Assembly (NCBI RefSeq): GCF_009914755.1
Contig: NC_060929.1
Source: the human T2T-CHM13v2.0 reference genome, Homo sapiens
Length of the DNA: 64,000 nt
Direction: 5' to 3' (one strand)
Below are positions 14,823 through 29,899 of the stretch, in pieces. Positions within the stretch are counted from its first letter, which is position 1. Every line of letters starts with the position of its first letter. The notes under the pieces were generated by a model. That model ran no database searches. It saw only the letters and a list, made by a program, of their open reading frames with translations, and was not told the DNA's origin. The position numbers were made by a program, and so were the translations under genes.

Positions 14823-17034
14823 CTAGGTCATGCACGGTAACAGAGAAGCCCCAAATCCCAATGGCTTAACATGGCAAAGAGGTTTTTTTCTTTTCTCTGC
14901 AAAGTCTTCACACTTCCAAAAGGCAGTATAAAAAATATTTTAAAAGTGAAAAAAAAAAGGCCATAATGTCAGAACAAAGGAAAATCATTTTAATTACTTT
15001 AGCTTAATGAAAAATTCCATTATGATTTTTCTCTTTTTTCTTCATAAATTAGTGAAATTTCAGCACTACTTAGGACGGGTTCAGGGACTGGTGCTTGGCA
15101 GTTTCTGACGTCTAGGACAATTATGGATAGAAACGATGCGAAAGGAAGAAAAGACTTTGTTTATGCTGGGAGAATTTAGCAGAGAGAGAGAGAGGCTGAA
15201 GATACTGGAAAAAGAGGCACTCAGTGGAAACCCTGGAGGATGTGAAAGGGAAAGAGGGGGGATGGTCTGAAATAGGAAAGACAGCTCTTCCTCAGAAACT
15301 GGCTGGAAAGGAGGTTGAGACAGCGCCCTTGAAGATAATTTAGTTGGGGGAAAGAGAAAAGCTAAGAGTTCGCCCTCAATGGCACTGATTTTCTCTATGA
15401 CTCACAGGCAAATTCACTGCATAAAGTCAAGAGGGCATTGAACGATGAGGGCTTCAGAGACCCACTGCAGGACTTGCGGAAGGGAGCAGGGCAAGAACAT
15501 AAGATGATGGCGCAGAACCGAAAGCCCAGCTGAGTTTAGGCTTTAAATAGTAATAGCATGAAGCACACAGTAGCCTAATTTTTCTAACTGTGCTCCTTCA
15601 TCCTGGCTTTTAATAGAGGAGGAGTTGGAGGTGGGGATAGAGAATTGATGCTTATCAAGAGGTAGCGTGGTATGGCGCTTAAGAACATGGCTGTTGAAGC
15701 CAGCTGCCTGGGTTAAAATCCTCTCTGCCACTTACTTTCCTATTCAGTAAAATGGGGCTAATAATAGTCTTGTGGTGTTTTAATGAGGACAGTAGTTGGT
15801 TTGAGGATGACACAAATATCTGCTGTGGATTGTCCTTCCACATCCTCACTGTTGGGGGGTCAAGGGATCTACCTTGGTTTCTTGGGCTTCTGTGCATGAT
15901 GGACTCTTGAAAAGGGACAAGCCCAGTTCCTCTCCTCTCCCTGCCCATTTTCTTTGTGGTGTGCCCTGCTCAGTCTCCTCATCGTTGGTCCTCATTATCC
16001 TCTCTGATTGTGGTGGGTTTTCCCCTATTCTCTTTCCAAACTGTTTTCTGGCATAATCTGTAAGCCTTACAGATCAGAACTTTAGTTTTGAGTCTCAAAG
16101 TCTTTTCTTCCTTTCGCATCGTTTCTTACCTATATTAGAAGTAAACTATACTAACTTTTTGTATATTTTTACTTTAATAATCCTAGCCTACACATTCACC
16201 TCCTGGCTCTCCAGAGACCTCTGGATCACTGAGAAAAGGTCACATATGGATGATGTAAAAGGTAAAAGCATAAACATACACTTCAAAAAATCTCTTTTTA
16301 CTTGTTACCTCTCTTAATTCTCCTATAGGTAGATGTTCTCTTCCTTCTACATACCCAAGACTGATGCTCAGAGGATTAATAACCTGCTCAGAATTGCACA
16401 GCCAGTTGCTGCAGAGTAGCAATTCAATTCTATGCCGTGCACTTACAGTTCAATAATCCACACTCCCTCAAACAAACGGCTGAACTGGTCCGGGGTTGAG
16501 GGGTAGAGGGATGGTGGCACTTAGGACAAAGAGGTGAGAGAGTTGTAGGTGTTCACGAGAGTAGCTGCTTACCGTAACCAGCAAAGGCAAGAGGGTACAG
16601 GGGTGTGTGCAGAGAGGGGGGCTGACAAACAGGGAGAAAGGGAAGGAGCAAAGGAGCTGCAAGTCACAATGCAATTGATGAACAAATGGGAGAGATGAAA
16701 GGAGAGGTGACCTGACGGAGAGTGGAATCCAAAGTTGACTATTTTAAGGGTATTGGTCCACTTCTGGATGATGACAAGGTCTAGAGTGTAGCCACTGGAC
16801 TAAGCTGATGAAGAGAAGTTAAAGCCAGTGGTGTGGACATTACGGATTGTTTCAGTTGTTTGTTTGAGTGAATGCTGAAATTAATAGATCTGTTGCTGAA
16901 GTCCTTTATAAATGTTTGAGAGTGATCTTGAAAAGTAGGCAGGGACCAAGGCAGCAGAGGGGCCCACAGATGGTCCAAGGGTGGGGCCTCCCACAAAGAG
17001 GAGAGTTTTGGAGGCAGGAAGAATCAGTGTTTTT

Positions 17035-17306
17035 CGTTGTTGTTGTTGTTTTCTGAGGCGGAGTCTCCCTGTATTGCCCAGGCTGGAGTGCCGTGCAGTG
17101 GTGCAATCTCGGCTTACTGCAACCTCCTCCTCCCGGGTTCAAGAGTTTTTCCTGCCTCACCCTCCCGAGTAGCTGGGACTACAGGCGCGCGCTAGTAGTC
17201 CCATGCCCAGCTAGTTTTTTTGTGTATGTATACATTTTTTAGTAGAGGCGGGGTTTCATCATATTGGCCAGGCTGGTCTGGAACCATGCCCAGCTAGTTT
17301 TTTTTG

Positions 17307-17337
<31 letters not shown>

Positions 17338-17545
17338 TTTTAGTAGAGATGGGGTTTCACCATATTGGCCAGGCTGGTTTGGAACCATGCCCAGCTAGTT
17401 TTTTTTGTATATATATATATTTATTTTAGTAGAGACGGGGTTTCACCATATTGGCCAGGCTGGTCTTGAACTCCTGACCTCGTGATCCGCCCACCTCGGC
17501 CTCCCAAAGTGCTGGGATTACAAGCGTGAGCCACTGCACCCAGCT
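17035..17545 (-). mobile_element. AluS with internal triplication
   Basis: Linker plus part of the left arm present three times; TSD GAATCAGTGTTTTT. Confidence 0.9.
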
Positions 17546-17559
17546 GAATCAGTGTTTTT

Positions 17560-17878
<319 letters not shown>

Positions 17879-18940
17879 GAATCAGTGTTTTTAACTGTAG
17901 TACTTGGCAGTTCTCACATGCAACTTCATTTGGTCCTCCCAGTAATCCAGAGAGATGCACACAGGACAGGAAATATACTTTTTCCAAGAAAGCCAGCTGT
18001 TAAGTAGCAGCATTTGGACTCAGTTCAACTCTCCTGGCTGTAGTTTGTTGTGAGAGCCTTATTCCTCTACATAATATTCACAGTAGGAAATCAATCCCTT
18101 AGAAAGAAAACTTCTTTATAGATTCTTTCTACACAGAAAAGGAAGATTTCTCTACGTTTTCTTCATTCCAGACTGCTAAAAAACTAGGCTGTAATGGTGG
18201 GGAAGAGCTATCGGGCTGACAGGAACTGGCTCAGGGCAAGGTCTTGTGGTGACACCTAGTGTCCATGATTGGGTTTATCCACAAAGCTTTGACTAAATTA
18301 TATGAAAAATAATGTAAGGAAATTGCAAGTAGCTGATTAATTTTGCAGGAGAATAGCTATTAAAACACCTAACAGTTTTCTCTCTCTACCAGGAAGATTT
18401 CTTATTCTGGCCTCTTGACTACCCCAAGGACCAGACCAATTCACTAAGTTACTTTGTTGGATAAAACAGAAATTATGACCTAGTGAAGTCTAAGGTTACT
18501 TAAAATTAACATGTTCCATGAGGTCTTAGATCATTCTGTACAGTGGAAAGAACACTAGGCTTGGTGCTCTGACCAGTTCAGGTCTTAACTCAGTGGGATG
18601 GTGTATGAAAAGTGCTTCATAAACTATAAAGTGCTAAGCAAGTGTTAGATATAGTGATAATTTCACAAGCAGTGTTCTGGACCTTTGACACACCTCCCTT
18701 CTAATCCTCATATTTATAAGACAGCAGGTACTATCCAGATTTTGCATCAAAGAAACTGAGGCTCAGAAATGTTAAATAACTTGCCTAAGGTTACATAGCT
18801 ATTTTTTTCTCTGCCATACTATATGGTCATTATAATACTGACATAAGGAATTAATATTAAATCATGTAACAAAAATTTATTAAGGAGCAGTGTATACTAT
18901 ACACTGGGTTAAGAATAAGGTATATACAGATCAATAAATA

Positions 18941-19425
18941 TTATGGACTGAATGTTTGTGCCCCTCCCCCACCATTCATATGTTGAAGCTCTGACCCCCA
19001 ATGTGACTGTATTTGGAGATTAGGCCTCTAAGGAAAAGCAGTTAAGGTTAAATGAGATCATAAGGGTAGGACCCTAATCCGTGGGATTACAGTCAGCTCT
19101 CTGTATCTGCCGGTTCTACATCTGTGGATTCAACCAACTGAAGATTTTTTTTTTAATTCAGAAAAAAATAATTAAAAATAATACAACAAAAAATAATACA
19201 AATAAAAAGTTTAACAACTATTTACATAACATTTACACTACATTAGGTATTATAAGTAATCTGGAGATGATTTAAACTATATGGGAGGATATGCATAGGT
19301 TATATGCAAATGCTACACCACTTTATATGAGGAACTGAACATCCTCAGATTTTGGTATTCATGAGGGGTCCTGGAATCAATCCCCCATGGATACTGAGGG
19401 ACAACTGTATGTCCTTATAAGAAGA
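18941..19425 (+). mobile_element. MaLR LTR (MLT1/MST-like) fragment interrupted by MER2
   Basis: TATGGACTGAATGTTTGTG...ATTCATATGTTGAAGCTCT...; continues TGTCCTTATAAGAAGA after MER2. Confidence 0.65.
19090..19407. mobile_element. MER2 (TcMar-Tigger non-autonomous element)
   Basis: Imperfect TIRs CAGTCAGCTCTCTGTATC / GATACTGAGGGACAACTG with TA on both sides. Confidence 0.8.
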
Positions 19426-19427
19426 AA

Positions 19428-19727
19428 AGCTGGCCAAGCACAGTGGTTCATGCCTGTAATCCTAGCTCTTTGAGAGGCCAAGACAGTAGGATTTGCTTGA
19501 GGCTAGTAGTCTGAGACCAGCCTGGGCAACACAGTGAGACTCTGTCACTACAAGAAATTAAAAAGAAAATTAGCTGGGCATGGTAGCATGTGCCTGTAGT
19601 CCTAACTACTCAGGAGGCTAAGCCAAGAGGATCGTCTGAGCCCTGGACTTTAAGGCTGTAGTAAACTATGCCACCGCACTCCAGCCTGGGTAGCAGAACA
19701 AGACACTTAAGAAAAAAAAAAAAAAAG
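19428..19727 (+). mobile_element. AluJ
   Basis: Diverged dimer with A tail. Confidence 0.85.
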
Positions 19728-19739
19728 GAAGAACAAAGC

Positions 19740-20980
19740 TGAACAAAGCTGGAGGCATCACATTGCTTGATTTCAAAATACGCTACAGAATGACAGTAAT
19801 CAAAATCAGCATGCTACTGGCATGAAAACAGACACATAGACCAGTGAAACAGAAGAGAGAACCCAGATATAAATGCATACATTTACAGTCAACTCATTTT
19901 TGGTACAGGTGCTAAGAATGTACAATTGGGAAAGGAGTGTCTCTTCAATAAATGGTAATGGGAAAACGGAATAACCATATGCAGAAGAATAAAACTAGAT
20001 CCCTCTTACCACATACAGAAATAAAATCAAAATAGAGTAAAGACTTACATCTAAGACCTGAAACTATGAAAACTACTAGAAGAAAAAAATGGGGAAATGC
20101 TCCAGGACATTGGTCTGGACAAAGATTTTTTTGTGTAAGACCTCAAAAGCACAGGCAACCAAAGCAAAAACAGAATGGGATTACATAAAACTAAAAAGCT
20201 TCTGCACGGCAAAGGAAACAATCAACAAAGTGAAGAGTTCGAGACCAGCCTGGGCAACACAAGGAGACCTCGTCTCTACAAAACATAAAAAATTAGCTGG
20301 GCGTGGTGGTGCGTGCCTGTGTTTCCAGCTACTCTGGAGGCTGAGGGAGGAAAATCACTTGAGGCCAGGAGTTCAAGACCAGCAGCCTGGGTAACATAAA
20401 TGAGACCCTGTCAAAAGAAAGAAAGAAAGAGAGAATGAGAGAGAGAGAGACAGACAGAAAAAAAGAAAGAAAGAAAAAAAAGAAAGAAAGTGATATATAT
20501 ACACAATAGAATGTTATTCAGCCACAAAAAAGAATGAAATCCTGTCATTTGCAGCAACATGAAAAAAAACTGGAGGTCATTATGCTAACTGAAATAAGTC
20601 AAGCACAGAAAGCCACACATTTCATGTTCTCAATCATATGTGGGAGACAAAAAAAAGTGGATCTCATGAGAGTAGACTGGTGATTACTAGAGGTTGAGAA
20701 GAGTAGGGAGGAGGAGGGATGAAGAAATGTTGATTAATGGGTAAAAATATATAGTTTGATGGAAGAAATGAGACATAGTGTTTGATAGATCAGTAGTTAC
20801 AATAATCTATATTGTACAGTCCAAAATAGCTAAAAGAGAATTTGAATGTTTCTAGCATTAAAAAAAACAAATATTTAAGGTGATGGACATCCCAATTACA
20901 CTAAGTTGATCTTTACTATATGAATGTATTATCACATGTCCCCCAAAATATGTACATTATATATAAAATAAAATAAAATT
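19740..20980 (+). mobile_element. L1MA-like ORF2 end and 3' UTR, interrupted by an Alu fragment (20235-20412) and (GAAA)n/(GA)n
   Basis: [20 protein letters not shown] peptide; AAGAATGAAATCCTGTCATTTGCAGCAACAT; A-rich tail. Confidence 0.85.
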
Positions 20981-21127
20981 TTCTATGAGAAACTTAGTTT
21001 TAAAGGATATAATTTCCATTGTATTATAGATATTTTAAAATAATCATGACTTATTTCCGATAGAATCTAACACACTAGAAATTCATTATCATTCATAAAA
21101 AACTATAATTTTACATCATTCCTTTTT

Positions 21128-22883
21128 TCTTTTTTTTTCTCATTAAACTTTTTTAATGGGTCTCAAAATTCTGTGACAAATTTTTGGTCAAGTTGTTTCC
21201 ATTAAAAAGTACTGATTTTAAAAACTAATAACTTAAAACTGCCACATGCAAAAAAGAAAACCAAAGTGGTCCACAAAACATTCTCCTTTCCTTCTGAAGG
21301 TTTTACGATGCATTGTTATCATTAACCAGTCTTTTACTACTAAACTTAAATGGCCAATTGAAACAAACAGTTCTAAGACCGTTCTTCCACCACTGATTAA
21401 GAGTGGGGTGGCAGGTATTAGGGATAATATTCATTTAGCCATCTGAGCTTTCTGGGCAGAGTTGGTGACCTTGCCAGCTCCAGCAGCCTTCTTGTCCACT
21501 GCTTTGATGACACCCACCGCAACTGTGTGTCTCATATCACGAACAGCAAAGCGACCCAAAGGTGGATAGTCTGAGAAGCTCTCAGCACACATGGGCTTGC
21601 CAGGAACCATATCAACAATGGCAGCATCACCGGACTTCAAGAATTTAGGGCCATCTTCCAGCTTTTTACCAGAACGGCGATCAATCTTTTCCTTCAGCTC
21701 AGCAAACTTGCATGCAATATGAGCCGTGTGGCAATCCAATACAGGGGCATAGCCAGCGCTTATTTGGCCTGGATGGTTCAGGATAATCACCTGAGCAGTG
21801 AAGCCAGCTGCTTCCATTGGTGGGTCATTTTTGCTGTCACCAGCAACGTTGCCACGACGAACATCCTTGACAGACACATTCTTGACATGGAAGCCCACAC
21901 TGTCCCCAGGAAGAGCTTCACCCAAAGCTTCATGGTGCATTTCGACAGATTTTACTTCTGTTGTAACGTTGACTGGAGCAAAGGTGACCACCATACCGGG
22001 TTTGAGAATACCAGTCTCCACTCGGCCAACAGGAACACTACCAATACCACCAATTTTGTAGACATCCTGGAGAGGCAGGCGCAAGGGCTTGTCAGTTGGA
22101 CGAGTTGGTGGTAGGATGCAGTCCAGAGCCTCAAGCAGCATGGTTCCACTGGCATTGCCATCCTTACGGGTGACTTTCCATCCCTTGAACCAAGGCATGT
22201 TAGCACTTGGCTCCAGCATGTTGTTACCATTCCAACCAGAAATTGGCACAAATGCTACTGTGTCGGGGTTGTAGCCAATTTTCTTAATGTAAGTGCTGAC
22301 TTCCTTAACAATTTCCTCATATCTCTTCTGGCTGTAGGGTGGCTCAGTGGAATCCATTTTGTTAACACCAACAATTAGTTGTTTCACACCCAGTGTGTAA
22401 GCCAGAAGGGCATGCTCTCGGGTCTGCCCATTCTTAGAGATACCAGCTTCAAATTCACCAACACCAGCAGCAACAATCGGGACAGCACAGTCAGCCTGAG
22501 ATGTCCCTGTAATCATGTTTTTGATGAAGTCTCTGTGTCCTGGAGCATCAGTGATAGTCACATAGTACTTGCTGGTCTCAAATTTCCACAAGGAGATATC
22601 AATGGTGATACCACGTTCACGCTCAGCTTTCAGTTTATCCAAGACCCAGCCATACTTGAAAGAGCCCTTTCCCATCTCAGCAGTCTCCTTCTCAAATTTT
22701 TCAATGGTTCTTTTGTCGATGCTACTGCATTTATAGATCAGATGGCCAGTAGTGGTGGACTTGCCCGAATCTACGTGTCCAATGACGACAATGTTGATAT
22801 GAGTCTTTTCCTTTCCCATTTTGGCTTTTAGGGGTAGTTTTCATGACACCTGTGTTCTGGCGGCAAACCCGTTGCGAAAAAGC
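21128..22883 (-). pseudogene. EEF1A1P13: Full-length processed EEF1A1 retrocopy (5' TOP UTR, CDS, 3' UTR, poly(A))
   Basis: Intronless; starts CTTTTTCGCAACGGGTTTGCCGCCAGAACACAG joined to GTGTC; ATTAAA then A tail; TSD CATCATTCCTTTTT at 21114-21127 and 22884-22897. Symbol from recall. Confidence 0.95.
21431..22819 (-). CDS. Uninterrupted 462-aa eEF1A1-like ORF of the retrocopy; translation unproven
   Basis: [13 protein letters not shown] and NKMD GTPase motifs intact; about 17 substitutions versus recalled EEF1A1. Confidence 0.4.
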   Translation of the reverse strand: MGKEKTHINIVVIGHVDSGKSTTTGHLIYKCSSIDKRTIEKFEKETAEMGKGSFKYGWVLDKLKAERERGITIDISLWKFETSKYYVTITDAPGHRDFIKNMITGTSQADCAVPIVAAGVGEFEAGISKNGQTREHALLAYTLGVKQLIVGVNKMDSTEPPYSQKRYEEIVKEVSTYIKKIGYNPDTVAFVPISGWNGNNMLEPSANMPWFKGWKVTRKDGNASGTMLLEALDCILPPTRPTDKPLRLPLQDVYKIGGIGSVPVGRVETGILKPGMVVTFAPVNVTTEVKSVEMHHEALGEALPGDSVGFHVKNVSVKDVRRGNVAGDSKNDPPMEAAGFTAQVIILNHPGQISAGYAPVLDCHTAHIACKFAELKEKIDRRSGKKLEDGPKFLKSGDAAIVDMVPGKPMCAESFSDYPPLGRFAVRDMRHTVAVGVIKAVDKKAAGAGKVTNSAQKAQMAK

Positions 22884-23030
22884 CATCATTCCTTTTTCTT
22901 ATTGAATTTCCTTTCTGTTTCCCATTCGCAGAATTCTACTTAATGCAATATATTTTTATGTTTGAAGGTCTTTTATTACTTAAATTTACTTGAAAGTTTC
23001 ATTGTAACATTAGCCATAAAAATCTGATCA

Positions 23031-23363
<333 letters not shown>

Positions 23364-24203
23364 ATCTATTGATGAATATGATTTACTGTTAGAAAGAGAT
23401 AGGATTTAATTCAATTCTATTCCTATTTTTGGATTTTATAAACACTATGAAACACTGTCCTTATAAATAGGTGGAAATAGTTTTGTTATCACAAAATCAA
23501 ATCCTTGAGCTTCTGAATTGCATGGCAAAAATATCTTAGTAATCTCTCATGAAATATTATTTTTAATCATCAGCTAATAACTTTAGGCTGTCCCTCAAAT
23601 TTGTTCAAAGCAAGGAATTAGAAATCACCTGAATTTCAAAGGAATGATTATCTAATTATTAAGAGTAGATCTCCTTTTCCATTTCTGGGATGTACAGTAA
23701 GGCAGCCATCCCACTTTAAATCTTCATTCTAAGGTGAACATTAGGTAAGGCAGAGAGCTTTACCATGAGTCTGTCACCTTGATGACATAAGATGCCACCA
23801 ATACTTTTTACCAATACTCTCTGCTTTGTTCTTCCAAGACTCCCTCAGGAGCAAGTCATCTTTTAGGGAAACTAAAAGCTTGAAAGTTGAGTCTCAGAGA
23901 AGTTAAATACTTGCCCAAGGTCACATAGCTAGTTTTCTGTTTGCTACACTACATCACCCTTACTAACCCACTCTATGATACATCTGAGTTAACATACTGG
24001 CAAAAATACTCCACTTAAATATCAAAATACCCACTCTTAAGGGAAGAAAAGGAAAGACTTGAAAGAAAGAAACCAAATGCAAGTTTCCGGTGCCTTATTG
24101 TAGGCTTGTCTGAAAGAAGTATTTAAGTTGTCCATCTGATTTGAAGCTCTAGAACACCACCATGCAATAGAAATATAATGTGAGCTGCATCATACATAAC
24201 TTA

Positions 24204-24605
<402 letters not shown>

Positions 24606-25222
24606 TTATGTGATTATTTTACATTCTTTTTAGGGGGTGTACTAAGTCCTTAAAATCCTGTGTTTTTCACAAACAGCAAATCTTAATTCTGACCAGCTAC
24701 ATTTCAAGTGCTCAGGAGGCACTCTTGCCTACTGGCTACTGTATTGGACAATGTAGCTCTTGAGGCACACACTGTAGAAAGGTTTGGCATGGCTGAGAAC
24801 CTTTTGTTATTTCGTTAAGCAGGGATATGGTAAACATGAAGGAAGTGGTTAGAAAGGAGCACAGGCCTATTTACGCCCTCAGGCACCTGTAAAGCGTATC
24901 TTCTACTCCAGGGCCTTTGCTGCACAGCTGTATAAAATTGGTGTTGCTGCACCTCAGGAGATACAAGTGCCTCAGTTTGAAGACCACTATTTTAAGATGG
25001 ATTCTGGCTGCCAAGGTCTATAGGAATGATGCAATAGTGATGAAATTCTATACATTCTTATTCCTAAATTCTGGACCAAGACAAAAGAAAAATGTGTGAG
25101 ACAAAATATTAGCAGAAGATCCAGAAAGCCCTTGTGACTTTGCCAGTAATATCCTGGTATGATTTTTAAAGATAAGGTTGACAACCTACCTTCTCACAAG
25201 TAGAGTTTTTGGTAATAGTAGG

Positions 25223-25700
25223 TATATTAGTTATGGTTCTCTAAAGAGACAAAACTAATAGGATTGATGTATATATAAAGGGGAGTTTATTAAGGAGTAT
25301 TGACCCACATGATCACAAGGTGACGTCCCACAATAGGCTGTCTGCAAGCTGAGGAGCAAGGAAGCCAGTCCGAGTCCCAAAGCTGAAGAACTTGGAGTCC
25401 AATGTTTGAGGGCAGGAAGCATCCAGCACAGGAGAAAGATGTAGGTCAGAAGACTAAACCAGTCTAGTCTTTTCACGTTCTGCCTGCTTTTATTTTAGCT
25501 TTTTTTCATGTTCTTCTGCCTGCTTTTATTCTAGCTTTTTTTAATTCTAGCCACCTAGATTGAGGGTGGCTCTGCCTTTCCCAGTCCACTGACTCAAATG
25601 TTCATCTCCTTTGGCAACAAACACCCTCACAGACACACCCAGGAACAATACTTTGCATCCTTCAATCCAATCAAGTTAACACTAAATATTAACCATCACA
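25223..25700. mobile_element. MLT2A solo LTR (ERVL)
   Basis: TATATTAGTTATGGTTCTCT...TTAACCATCACA; 5-bp TSD GTAGG at 25218-25222 and 25701-25705. Confidence 0.85.
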
Positions 25701-25994
25701 GTAGGGTGATGCTTTTCCTTGTGACTACCATGGAGACAAGGTCAGGCTGTGAGAGAATCATCAACCTAACATCAGACTACTTGAGGAGGTGAAGGTTTCC
25801 TGTAAGTGACAAAGGGTCTCTTCCTTACCTTTATTTTCTTAGGAAACATCTATGATTTGTCCCTCTAGCTCTTTTTAAGTTCCACTATGTGACATCAATG
25901 ATGGGCTTCCTTTCCAAAGAAACCCATATGCTTGTCCTAAAAGGTAAGTGTAGGGAATTACTCTGTAGGGAATTACCTGGCCCTAGCAGACCAA

Positions 25995-26345
25995 GATACC
26001 AAGACTAGATGGCTTAAATAACAGATATTTTCTCACAGTACCGGAGGCCGGAAAGTAAGATTGAGGTGCCAGCTGATTCAGTTTCTGGTAATGGCTTTCT
26101 TCCTGGTTTTCAGATGGCTGTCTTCTTGCTGTGTCCTCACACAGTGAGCTCTGGCATCTCTTCTTCTTATAAGGACACCAGCCCCTTCATATTAGGGCCC
26201 AACCCTTTTGACCTCATTTAATCTTTATTTTGACCTCATTTAACCTGTAATCCTTGTAGGCCCTATCTCCAAATATAGTCACATTGGGGGTTAGGACTTC
26301 AACATATGAATTTTGGGGAGACACAATTCAGTAATTCAATCTATA
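25995..26345. mobile_element. MaLR LTR (MLT1A-like)
   Basis: GGCTTAAATAACAGA...GACCTCATTTAA...TTCAACATATGAATTTTGGGG. Confidence 0.7.
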
Positions 26346-26777
26346 GCAGAAACTAAGCTACCAAGAGTATGGAATTCCATTTCAGAAGCTCTCCAAAAAA
26401 GTTAAGATTATCATCTGCCTGGATGATTCTTAAGGGTGAAATTCCATTTAGCTAGAGGCAAATGACTGATTTAATATTTTCCAGAACTCCAAGTCTGTGA
26501 ATTATAATGGCATCATTCTCTCTCCTCCTTATATATAAAATGGTTTCATTTTCATGATAAAATAAATTTCATTATGACCCATACTTCTCCCAATAAAAAC
26601 TCCTGGGGAAAGTTTTGGGGGTTTCCAGGTAAACTAATTTTACAGCAAGATATTTTTTCTATTGAGCGATTTCCTCTATTTTTTCTCTATAAAGTTATTT
26701 CCTTTAGCTTCAAAACTACAAAAGCATAGTAGGTTTTTTCCCCCTCTAATTCTGTTTTTTAAAAATGGGCATTCAAT

Positions 26778-26906
26778 TAAAACCTAGATGATGGGTTGAC
26801 AGGTGCAGGAAACCACCATGGCACATGTATACCTATGTAACAAACCTGCATGCTCTGCACATGTATCCCAGAACTTAAAGTAAAATGAAAAAAATAAAAA
26901 ATACAG
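26778..26906 (+). mobile_element. About 130-bp 5'-truncated L1PA 3' end
   Basis: AACCTAGATGATGGGTTGACAGGTGCAGGAAACCACCATGGCACATGTATACCTATGTAACAAACC...; TSD AAATGGGCATTCAAT at 26763-26777 and 26907-26921. Confidence 0.92.
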
Positions 26907-27648
26907 AAATGGGCATTCAATAATCAAGAGGCATTTTGAATAAGTCTTTAAAATTAATACTTGAGTATTCCTAGAGTAGTTAATTTCTAAGTGAAACTGA
27001 CAATAGTTTCTTCCAAAGCTTGGTTACAGTCCATGAACCTATAAAACTAGAATAAACTAAAAAGTACCTTTCCTGTGAGTACTTTAGAGATTGATGTACA
27101 GAATACACTTCAAATCTAATTTTTATTGCTGTGGCACTGGGAAATTCCAGAGAGTATAAAAATATAGGGTATTTTAACCTGACTGTAAATTATGAGTTTA
27201 TAGTATTGAAAAGGGGGAATATGCATCCAACTTGTGTTAAGCTCCTTAAAGAAAATTTTTAAAAATAAGAACACTGTAATGGCTTAGCATTGTTCTTTGG
27301 GAACAGTTATTACAAGTAAGGACTACAGCATTCAGTGAAAAGGAATGTGGAATCTTTCACATATTAAATATTCTAGGCATGGCCACTGAAGCAGATATAT
27401 AAATTCAAGGTGATTGATTGAAAATGTAAGTTACCAAATATTTGCAAATTACAATACCGTATTTATCTAATGTTTGATTCTAAGAAGAAACTGAAAACTG
27501 ACGCATTGTTTGTAAGTGATTACATAGACTTTTACTTAAGCTTATGGGTTTTTATGTTATTTATCTTGACATAAGCATAGGCTGTTATAATTATATCACA
27601 GTTCATGGGTTTTATTCTCATGACTGTCTCTAAGAAACCCTAGTGTTT

Positions 27649-27987
<339 letters not shown>

Positions 27988-28191
27988 CTAGTTTTTGACT
28001 TATTTATTTAATACACATATACATCCCTCTAATCATTTTGTTCTGTAATATCAGTAAAAATTAGCATATCCCAAATATGAATATATTAAAAACTCACGCT
28101 GCATCTCTGTATTTATTATGTACACCAGAAACATACACACAATAGAAATTTTAAAAGATAAAGACAAAATGATTTAACATTTAATTTTTAA

Positions 28192-28568
<377 letters not shown>

Positions 28569-28584
28569 TGATATGATGGTTTGA

Positions 28585-28882
28585 GTTTATTTATTTATTT
28601 GGAGACAGGGTGTCACTCTGTCACTCAGGATGGAGTACAGTGGCACGATCTCAGCTCAGTGAAGCCTCTACCTCCGAGGTTCAAGTGATTCTCCTACCTC
28701 AGTCTCCTGAGTAGCTGGGACTACAGGTTTATGCCACCACACCGGGCTAATTTATTTTTTGGTAGAGATGGGTCTTTACCATGTTGGCTAGACTGGTCTC
28801 GCACTCCTGATCTCACGTGATCCACCCACCTAGGCCTCCCAAAGTGCTGGGATTATAGGTGTGAGCCACCGCACCCCACCTG
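28585..28882 (-). mobile_element. Alu (S/J)
   Basis: Antisense dimer with (TTTA)n tail. Confidence 0.85.
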
Positions 28883-28954
28883 GGTTTTATTTTTGATTAA
28901 AAAAAAATAGAGACCTTATTTTTTAGAACAGTTTTAGATTTACAGAAAAATTGA

Positions 28955-29325
<371 letters not shown>

Positions 29326-29899
29326 ACTTCATTTGTTACAATTAATGAACTAGTACTGATATATTAACTAAAGTCCATGGTTTATTCAGATTTCCTTGTT
29401 TAACCTAATGTCTTTTTTTTGTTGTTGTTACAGGATCCCACCCAGGACACCAGAATTACATTTAGTTGCCATCTCTCCTCTTCGCTGTGAGTTTCTCATA
29501 CATTTCTTGTTTTTGATGACCTTGACAGTTTTAAGAGTACTGGTAAAGTATTTTGTAGGATGCCCCACTAATGGAATTGTCTAATTTTTTTTTTTTTCTA
29601 ATTGGACTGGGGTTGTGGGTTTGGGGGAGGAAAACCACAGAAGTACAATGCCATTTTCATCTGATCATATGAAGGTTACATGCCATCAACATGATTTATC
29701 ACTGAGCTCAGGTCACGTATTAACTTGGTGGCCTGTTTTTAAGTTTTCAGTTTCTAAGATCCAGTAGCAAACCAAAAGTTGTTCCTTAAAAGTAGAGTAG
29801 TTACCCACAATGACAGAGATTTGCTTCAAAATCCTAAGGGTTTGTACTGTGATTCACCTATGGTTGCTTGCCAAAATTCTAAACAGTGTTTACTTATCT

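Noticed and set aside
21719-22831. Plus-strand ORFs of 131-150 aa
   Set aside because: Antisense shadows of the EEF1A1 coding sequence
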